From: an uncultured delta proteobacterium
GTDB taxonomy: Bacteria > Desulfobacterota > Binatia > Binatales > Binataceae
Assembly: GCA_963808235.1 (NCBI GenBank)
Contig: CAWEEQ010000004.1
Location: forward strand, 2,848,001-2,912,000
Reading direction: 5' to 3'
DNA: 64,000 nt
Positions 57,160-64,000 of this stretch are shown piece by piece (position 1 is the stretch's first letter; each line of letters opens with the position of its first letter). The notes under the pieces were generated by a model. It had not been told where the DNA came from and made no database searches. It saw only the letters and a program-made list of their open reading frames with translations. The translations under genes and the position numbers were made by a program.

Positions 57160-57323
57160 TCCTCCGAGAGTAGTTGGTTGTCGGTCAGCGAAGAATAGAC
57201 GCTCATTCACGCCTCGTGACGATCCGGGAGTCCTGCGAACGAGCAGACGCGTTCGATCTGCGCCGCTGTTCGATCGGAGGCGTTTGCGCTACGATCCCTG
57301 GCGATCTCAGAGGTTTGAACCAG

Positions 57324-58328
57324 ATGCGACTCTGCATCGGAACGGCAAAAGGAATCGTGATTCTCGATCCTGCGCGCGGCGCGACTCCGCTGATGGTGCT
57401 CGCGGATCCGTCGGCGGTCTGGTGCATGACGCAGGATGCCGCCGATCCCAATCTGATCTACGCCGGATCGACGGAGCATACGCGCGGCAAGGGAACGCTT
57501 GCGCGCTCGACCGACGGCGGGCGGACGTGGACGGACATTTCGCCGCCGCTCGCGCGCGAGGAGGAAGTCTGGTCGATTGCGGCTTCTCCGGCGGTGAAAG
57601 ACTGCGTTTACATCGGGACCTCGCACGCGCGGCTTTTTCGCAGCGAGGATCGCGGGCGCATCTTCAAGGAATGCGCCGGCTTCCTGAAGATACCGGGCCG
57701 CGACCGATGGTCGTTTCCGCCGCCGCCGCATATCCCGCACGTGCGCTCGATTGCTTTCGATCCGCATGAGCCGTCCACGATGTACGTCGGCGTCGAAGAG
57801 GGCGGCGTCTTCCGCTCGCGCGACAACGGCTCCAGCTTCGAGACACTCAACGACGGAATCTACACGGACATCCATACGGTGGCAGTCGATCCGCGCGATT
57901 CGCGCCGCCTGTACGCGACCACTGGCGACGGCTTTTATCTCTCCTTCAATGCCGGCAAATCGTGGGAGCCGGTTACGCATGGGATCACGCGCAGATACAC
58001 CGTGCCGCTACTGGTGAGCGCGCCCGACAGCGAGAAAATTTTCACCGCGGCCGCGATGGGTCCGCCGCCGACCTGGCGCACGGGTCCGACCGGGCCCGAC
58101 GCGATGCTGTTCCGCAGCGACGATCGCGGCGAAAGCTTCACCGCGATTTCCGACGAGCAGGTATTCGGACGCGGGATGCCGATGCGGCTGAAACCCGATC
58201 CGCAAAACGGGGGCTTCTTCGCCGTATGCAACGACGGCAACGTGCTGCGAGGATCCGCAAACGGAATGTCGCTCGAAACGATCGCGGAAAAGCTGCCAGC
58301 CGCCTACGACCTCGCGGCGATCCCATGA
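57324..58328 (+). CDS. BNR/Asp-box beta-propeller protein
   Basis: Repeated S.D.G..W/F Asp boxes. Confidence 0.85.
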   Translation: MRLCIGTAKGIVILDPARGATPLMVLADPSAVWCMTQDAADPNLIYAGSTEHTRGKGTLARSTDGGRTWTDISPPLAREEEVWSIAASPAVKDCVYIGTSHARLFRSEDRGRIFKECAGFLKIPGRDRWSFPPPPHIPHVRSIAFDPHEPSTMYVGVEEGGVFRSRDNGSSFETLNDGIYTDIHTVAVDPRDSRRLYATTGDGFYLSFNAGKSWEPVTHGITRRYTVPLLVSAPDSEKIFTAAAMGPPPTWRTGPTGPDAMLFRSDDRGESFTAISDEQVFGRGMPMRLKPDPQNGGFFAVCNDGNVLRGSANGMSLETIAEKLPAAYDLAAIP

Positions 58329-58359
58329 GTTCATCGCAACCGGTTACGCCTAGTTAGCC

Positions 58360-58758
58360 ATGTTAGACGCGTTCGGATTGCTTGGCGCGGGATCCGGAAT
58401 CGCAATCGCAATCTATTTATTCTCGTCGATCCGCAGGCGCACCGTTCGCGTGTCGGATCCGGCCGCATCGATCCGATTGCCGAACCGAGTCGATCTCGAG
58501 CAACTGCTTTCCCAGGTTGTCGTGGTTGAGTGGGGCGCGCTCGCGATGTTTGTACTCTCGGAGCTGCTTCCCGGAGAATTGAAAACCTGGCTGAAGCTCA
58601 TGTCCGTGTCATGCGGCGCAGCAACCGCGATACTCTACCTGCACTGCGTGATGCAGCTTCGGCGCCTGGGCGTGATGAATTCGCAGCATCCAGCGGAGCC
58701 GCCTCGCGGCGGCGCGCGCCGCGGGCGTCTACGCGGCAGAATTCGCGCACGCGATTGA
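58360..58758 (+). CDS. Hypothetical small membrane protein
   Basis: Three hydrophobic segments; fills the gap between neighbouring genes. Confidence 0.5.
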   Translation: MLDAFGLLGAGSGIAIAIYLFSSIRRRTVRVSDPAASIRLPNRVDLEQLLSQVVVVEWGALAMFVLSELLPGELKTWLKLMSVSCGAATAILYLHCVMQLRRLGVMNSQHPAEPPRGGARRGRLRGRIRARD

Positions 58759-58806
58759 GCGTGCAGATTCAAACATCCCGTCTAATCCACCAGCTCCGTC
58801 TCATTC

Positions 58807-58836
58807 GCATCCCGGTTGAGCGCGTGACCGGGATGC
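58807..58836. terminator. Hairpin between convergent genes
   Basis: GCATCCCGGT-N10-ACCGGGATGC directly after the sulfatase stop; no U tract. Confidence 0.55.
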
Positions 58837-61254
58837 TCACTCGATGCCCTGGTCGGCGATCGCAGCACCGCGGTCTTCCTCTTTCCCGACCTCTGCGGGC
58901 GGCGGCGTCACGGCGATGGTCACCTTATCGATCGTGCCGGTGAATTTGTTGTCGCCTTCCTTGTAGTCCTCGGTCACAGGTGTTTCGAGGTCTTCGCCGA
59001 TGTCCTCACCTTCTCCGGAAAAGACGTACGGTTGGGTCTTTTCGATCCGTCCCTCCCCAACCTTTTGATCGTTGACGTAAAGGGTTGCGGTGCCGCCTTT
59101 GCCGACGCCGCCCCCGTCGTATTTGAATTCGAGTTTTACGATTGCCTTGCCGGGTGGAATCGGATCCTTCGACTCGATTGTGTAGCGCTCCTGGTTCAGC
59201 CAGTTGTAACAGTACTTGAGCTCTCCGCCCTTCATGTAGAGGGTCCAGCCGCCAAAGCGTCCGCCCTGCGCGACGATCACTCCCTCGCCGCCGCTCTGCG
59301 GCACTTCAACCGCCGCGATAATGGTATGCGAGCGATTCTTAACGTCGAGCGTCGCGTTTTCCATCATCCCGCTCATCCCTGGATAGAGCGTCACCGAAGT
59401 GCGACCCCACATCAGCGACGGACGGCCGGCCAGCGTTGGCACGAAACGTTCGACGCGCCGATCATCCAGCGGCAAGACGTTGTACTTTTCCCCTTCGGCG
59501 AGAAAGAGACTCTGCAGCTCCTTGAGCTTGTCGGGAAATTTCGCGGCGAGGTCCTGCGCCTGACTGAAGTCGTCGTTGGTGTTGTAGAGCTCCCACTTGT
59601 CTGCGCTGAACTTGGGCGGTGTCCCTGCAACGTCCCATGGAATGCTATGCTGGGTCACCGCGGTCCAGCCGTCGTGATAGATCCCGCGATTGCCAAACAT
59701 CTCAAAGTATTGAGTGGTATGGGTTGTCGGCGCTTTAGCATCGGCAAAGGAGTAGACCATGCTCACCCCTTCCATGGGTTTCTGCTTGATGCCGTCGACG
59801 GTTTTCGGCTGGGGGAGTTTTGCCGCGGCAAGGATAGTCGGCGTGACGTCGATGACATGATGCCACTGCGTGCGGATACCTCCGGCCTCCTTGATGACCG
59901 CAGGCCACACGATCACCATTCCGTTGCGCGTGCCACCGTAGTGTGACGCGACCTGCTTGGTCCATTGAAACGGAGTGTCACCCGCAAGCGCCCATCCGAC
60001 CGGAATGTGCGGGAAACTGTTGGGCCCGCCGATGTCGTCCAGATGGGCAAGGATGTTTGCGGTCGTATCCGGCACTCCGTTGAACGCGGTCATTTCGTTG
60101 AGCGTCCCGGCCAAGCCGCCCTCGGCGCTCATGCCGTTGTCGCCGGCGATGTACACGATCAAGGTGTTGTCGGAGACGCCGGCCTCTTTGAGTGCATCGA
60201 ACAGCCGGCCGATTTCATGATCGCAATACTCGCCGAATCCCGCGTAGTTCTCCATCAAGCGTTCGGCCGCGGTCTTGTCGTCGGCGCTCAGATCGTTCCA
60301 GTGCTTGACGCTCGGGGGCCAGGGCGCGAGCCGAGTGTTCTGCGGGACCAATCCCAACTGCTTCTGACGCGCCAGGGTGTCCTCGCGGTACTTGTCCCAG
60401 CCTTCGTCGAATTTGCCCTTGTACTTATCGATCCATTCTTTCGGAGTATGGTGCGGCGCGTGCAGTGCTCCAGGTGCGAAGTACATGAAGAACGGCTTGT
60501 CCGGCGTCATGGTGTGCTGGAAGCGCATCCAGGCGATCGCCTGGTCGGTCATGTCGGTCATGAAGTTGTAGCCGGGTGTGTGCGGAGGCTCGATACGCGT
60601 CGTACCTTCGAAGACCATCGGCGCCCACTGGTTCGTCTCACCTCCCAGAAACCCGTAGAACTTTTCGAAGCCTTCTCCGACCGGCCAGCGCGTAAACGGT
60701 CCCGAGGCGCTTATTTCCCAGGCCGGGGTCTGATGCATTTTCCCGAACGCGGCGGTGTTGTAGCCGTTCAACTTCATAATTTCGGCAACAGTTGCGACCT
60801 GATTCGGACGGATGGAATTGTATCCCGGCGCGCTGGTCGCCAATTCGGTAATCGCGCCCATCCCGATTGAATGATGGTTGTGGCCGGTCAGCAACGCCTC
60901 GCGGGTCGGCGAGCAGAGCGCGGCTGTATGAAACTGGGTATAGCGCAAGCCCTCCTTCGCGAGCGCATCCAACCTGGGCATGTTGACGCCGCCACCGAAG
61001 GTGCTCGGCGCACCGAAACCGATATCATCGAGCAGGATTACGACCACGTTGGGAGCGCCCTCGGGCGGCCGGAGCGGCTTGATCGGCGGAAACTCTGCGT
61101 CGCGCGCGTCGAGCGGAACTTTGCCGGGATACTTGTACTGCGTATCTGGAATCGGCAACTGCGTGCGATCGATTTGTTGCGCGTTTGCAGGAATCACCCT
61201 CGCCGCGCCTGCCAGACACAGGGCAACTCCAAGAACCATCGCCAGGTTTCTCAT
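58837..61254 (-). CDS. Exported arylsulfatase (Cys-type, formylglycine-dependent)
   Basis: PNVVVILLDD, CSPTR...LTG, GKMH, GDNG; signal peptide; AAGGAG RBS. Confidence 0.93.
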   Translation of the reverse strand: MRNLAMVLGVALCLAGAARVIPANAQQIDRTQLPIPDTQYKYPGKVPLDARDAEFPPIKPLRPPEGAPNVVVILLDDIGFGAPSTFGGGVNMPRLDALAKEGLRYTQFHTAALCSPTREALLTGHNHHSIGMGAITELATSAPGYNSIRPNQVATVAEIMKLNGYNTAAFGKMHQTPAWEISASGPFTRWPVGEGFEKFYGFLGGETNQWAPMVFEGTTRIEPPHTPGYNFMTDMTDQAIAWMRFQHTMTPDKPFFMYFAPGALHAPHHTPKEWIDKYKGKFDEGWDKYREDTLARQKQLGLVPQNTRLAPWPPSVKHWNDLSADDKTAAERLMENYAGFGEYCDHEIGRLFDALKEAGVSDNTLIVYIAGDNGMSAEGGLAGTLNEMTAFNGVPDTTANILAHLDDIGGPNSFPHIPVGWALAGDTPFQWTKQVASHYGGTRNGMVIVWPAVIKEAGGIRTQWHHVIDVTPTILAAAKLPQPKTVDGIKQKPMEGVSMVYSFADAKAPTTHTTQYFEMFGNRGIYHDGWTAVTQHSIPWDVAGTPPKFSADKWELYNTNDDFSQAQDLAAKFPDKLKELQSLFLAEGEKYNVLPLDDRRVERFVPTLAGRPSLMWGRTSVTLYPGMSGMMENATLDVKNRSHTIIAAVEVPQSGGEGVIVAQGGRFGGWTLYMKGGELKYCYNWLNQERYTIESKDPIPPGKAIVKLEFKYDGGGVGKGGTATLYVNDQKVGEGRIEKTQPYVFSGEGEDIGEDLETPVTEDYKEGDNKFTGTIDKVTIAVTPPPAEVGKEEDRGAAIADQGIE

Positions 61255-61405
61255 CTTCGTAACTCGCTCCTTCAAGGACGTTCGCACACGGTTGAGTTGC
61301 CAGTCTGCGACACTTTCAGGCGGGCGGCTATTGTACGAAGGTACAATACTTTTCGGGACAACCAATCATCCAAACGTCTCTTGCAAGGGTCTCTTGCCCG
61401 ACGCT

Positions 61406-62215
61406 TTATCTAAGCTCGGTGGGGGTTTGGCCGGCCATCACTCGCTTCGCCATTATTGCCGCGGTCGAGCGCGGGACCAGGCGGATTGCGTTGGCGCGCG
61501 CCCAGTTGAACCATCCGGAGATCACGCTCGGATGCTTGCCGAGTGCGTCGAGCGCGACCTGCACCACGTCGGCGGCCGGCTCGCCATGATCGGGCCCGAC
61601 ACTCTCGCCGGCGACCGCCTGGAACTCGGTTTGCGTCGGCCCGGGCTCGATCACCAGCGCGTCGACGCCAGTGCCGCGCAACTCGCCCCATAGACCCTCG
61701 CCGAACAGGAGATCGAAGCCCTTGGTCGCACTGTATACCGCGCGCAGCGGCAGCGGCTGGCGTCCGGCCACTGAGCCGACCACGATCACGGCGCCGTGTC
61801 CGCGCTGAATCATTCCGGGCAGGATGCGGCTGGTCAGCACCACCGGCGCCAGGCAATTGACGATGACCATCGCGCGCAGCCGGTCAGTCGGAAGCTTGTC
61901 GAAGCGGCCCGCCAATCCAAAGCCGGCGTTATTGACCAGGAACGCGATCGGAAGATCCGCAACCGCGTCGGCAAGGTGATCGGCGCCGTCGGGCGTGGCG
62001 AGATCGGCGGCGACGACTCTCGTATCGACGTGAAATTCATTGCGGAGCTCAGTCGCGAGAGTGTTCAAGCGATCTTCGCGGCGCGCGGTCAGCACCACCG
62101 ACATCCCTTCGCGCGCGAGTGCTCGCGCAAACTCAAGTCCGATTCCCGCCGACGCTCCCGTCACGAGAGCCCACTCGCCATACTGCTCACGATATTTGCG
62201 TTGATTGGCTGCCAT
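61406..62215 (-). CDS. Short-chain dehydrogenase/reductase
   Basis: TGASAGIG, NNAG, YSATK. Confidence 0.92.
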   Translation of the reverse strand: MAANQRKYREQYGEWALVTGASAGIGLEFARALAREGMSVVLTARREDRLNTLATELRNEFHVDTRVVAADLATPDGADHLADAVADLPIAFLVNNAGFGLAGRFDKLPTDRLRAMVIVNCLAPVVLTSRILPGMIQRGHGAVIVVGSVAGRQPLPLRAVYSATKGFDLLFGEGLWGELRGTGVDALVIEPGPTQTEFQAVAGESVGPDHGEPAADVVQVALDALGKHPSVISGWFNWARANAIRLVPRSTAAIMAKRVMAGQTPTELR

Positions 62216-62330
62216 AGAATCCTCCGGGTCCGTGAGACCGATATCAGTATCGCCGGATCATAACTACATCTAGAATCTAGCCGCTCGCCGGGGAAGAGAG
62301 GCGCGCTGCACATTAAGCAGGAGCAAATAG

Positions 62331-63182
62331 ATGGCGGAGACCGTATCCAAGGCAGTGCTGATCACCGGATGCTCGACCGGAATAGGTCGAGCGACGGCGC
62401 ATCATTTGAAGTCGCGCGGATGGAACGTGTACGCGACGGCGCGGAAACCGGAATCGATTGCGGACCTGGCGGCGCTCGGATGCAAGACGATGGCGCTCGA
62501 CGTGTGCGACGAGGCCTCGATGCGCGCGGCGGTCGACGCGGTAGAGCGCGCTGAGGGCGCAGTCGGCGTGCTAATCAATAATGCCGGCTACGGACTCGAG
62601 GGCGCGGTCGAAGAAGTGCCGATGACCGAGATTCGACGCCAGTTCGAGACCAACGTGTTCGGGCTTATCACGATGACCAAGCTGGTGCTGCCCGCGATGC
62701 GCCGCCAGCGATGGGGCCGCGTCGTCAACCTGAGCTCGATGGGCGGGAAGCTGACCTTTCCCGGCGGCGGTTACTATCATGCGACCAAGCATGCGGTTGA
62801 AGCGCTCAGCGACGCGCTGCGGTTCGAGGTGCGAGGCTTCGGTGTCGACGTGATCGTGATCCAGCCGGGGCCAATCAAGACGCGCTTCGGCGACACCGCG
62901 GTCGGCATCATCGCGGCGTCGAAAGACTCGCCTTACGCGGCGTTCAACGTGGTGCTGGAAAAGCAGATTCGCGAGGCGTACGAGGGCGGGCCGATGGCTC
63001 GCTTCGCGGCGCCGCCCGAGGCGGTCGCAGAAGTGATCGAGCGGGCAATCTCGGCGGCCCATCCGAGCACTCGATACAAAGTCACGCTCGCCGCGCGGGT
63101 CCTGATGGGACTTCGTCGCGTGTTGCCAGACCGTGCTTTCGATGCGTTCCTGCGCACGCAATTTCCGCCGCCGACGCCGTAG
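62331..63182 (+). CDS. Short-chain dehydrogenase/reductase
   Basis: TGCSTGIG, NNAG, YHATK. Confidence 0.92.
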   Translation: MAETVSKAVLITGCSTGIGRATAHHLKSRGWNVYATARKPESIADLAALGCKTMALDVCDEASMRAAVDAVERAEGAVGVLINNAGYGLEGAVEEVPMTEIRRQFETNVFGLITMTKLVLPAMRRQRWGRVVNLSSMGGKLTFPGGGYYHATKHAVEALSDALRFEVRGFGVDVIVIQPGPIKTRFGDTAVGIIAASKDSPYAAFNVVLEKQIREAYEGGPMARFAAPPEAVAEVIERAISAAHPSTRYKVTLAARVLMGLRRVLPDRAFDAFLRTQFPPPTP

Positions 63183-63240
63183 GCGAGATCGCAAATTCGG
63201 CCCAATTCCGGCTAGTTAGGCCATGATTGGCGCATCTTGA

Positions 63241-64000
63241 CGGGGATTATCCGGCTCTTGACTAACATCAGTAATCGCGCTAATGTCTGAATATGCCGAA
63301 CAAAAGCAACAAGCATCAGCCGCGCTTCACTCGTCAATTGACGCTCTCCGAGTTCGATGTGTTGTTCCCGAATGAGGAAGCCTGCCGCACTTATTTGCTG
63401 CTCCGGCGCTGGCCCAGTGGCCCGCATTGCCCGCGCTGCAATAACAATCATGTCTACGAAAGCACGGCGCGTCCGTGGCATTGGCAGTGTATGAAGTGCG
63501 GGCCGAAGCCGCGCTCGCCCTATCGCTTTGCGCTCACGACTGGAACGATCTTCGAGGAATCCAAGAAGCCGCTGATCACTTGGTTCAAAGTTCTGCACTT
63601 GATGGTTACGAGCAAGAAGGGAATGAGCGCGCTTCAGATTCATCGGCTGCTCGGAACCGGCTCGTATCAGACCGCGTGGTATATGTGCATGCGTCTCCGC
63701 GCCGGAATGAAAGACCCTGAGTTCCGCCAACTGATGGGGATTGTGGAAGTGGACGAGACTTGGATTGGTGGCAAGGAACGAAACAAGCATCTTGGGAAGC
63801 GTGGAAAATTAGGCACGCAAGGTAAGACGCCAGTGATCGGCGCGATCTCGCGCAAGGGTAATGTGGTCTGTCAGATGATTGAACGAACAGACACCGAGGC
63901 TCTAACTGGCTTCGTTCGCCAAGTGACGAAAGCGAAAGCCACGCTCGTGATCACTGACGAGGCAAAAGGCTACGACCCGATCAGCATTTACGACCGCGAG
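63241..64000 (+). mobile_element. IS1595-family insertion sequence (left part)
   Basis: Probable left end CGGGGATTATCCG; internal TTGACT-17-TAATGT promoter; transposase ORF follows. Confidence 0.8.
63293..64000 (+). CDS. IS1595-family DDE transposase (runs off window)
   Basis: Not in ORF track. Manual translation: FPNEEACR...RWP..CPRC...QCMKC...TGTIFE...TAW...VEVDETWIGG...ITDE. Confidence 0.93.
   Translation, partial: MPNKSNKHQPRFTRQLTLSEFDVLFPNEEACRTYLLLRRWPSGPHCPRCNNNHVYESTARPWHWQCMKCGPKPRSPYRFALTTGTIFEESKKPLITWFKVLHLMVTSKKGMSALQIHRLLGTGSYQTAWYMCMRLRAGMKDPEFRQLMGIVEVDETWIGGKERNKHLGKRGKLGTQGKTPVIGAISRKGNVVCQMIERTDTEALTGFVRQVTKAKATLVITDEAKGYDPISIYDRE

Noticed and set aside
63212-63790. 192-aa minus-strand ORF
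   Set aside because: Shadow of the IS1595 transposase.

Overview
GC-rich bacterial chromosome segment. Its gene content suggests a Binatota/Deltaproteobacteria-like organism (inference only). About 0-22 kb is conserved housekeeping: partial cysK, GT9, htpX-DUF1844-degP-mrcB-TPR, tsaD-rsmA-mutM and pilD-tmk-holB-yaaT-metG-tatD, with a large NHL/Ig-like surface protein placed between metG and tatD. About 22-64 kb is a patchwork of accessory genes (hydrolases, MFS, GNAT, SDR, sulfatase, secreted beta-propellers, a type II TA pair) mixed with palindromic REP-like repeats, and it ends in the left part of an IS1595-family element. I saw no tRNA, rRNA or CRISPR array. The best candidate for a new system is an ECF sigma factor translationally coupled to an O6-alkylguanine methyltransferase that carries a C-terminal Ada Zn-finger but no AraC domain, possibly an alkylation-sensing sigma/anti-sigma switch. 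Other leads are an MFS cassette bracketed by a duplicated ggt 3' end, a non-lipidated LpoP-like partner of PBP1B, two sigma54-type promoters driving small proteins, a signal-peptide beta-helix protein with a channel-like 2TM module, and recurrent leaderless promoters. Five single-base frameshifts are probably assembly errors. All family assignments come from motif recognition by eye; no database searches were run.
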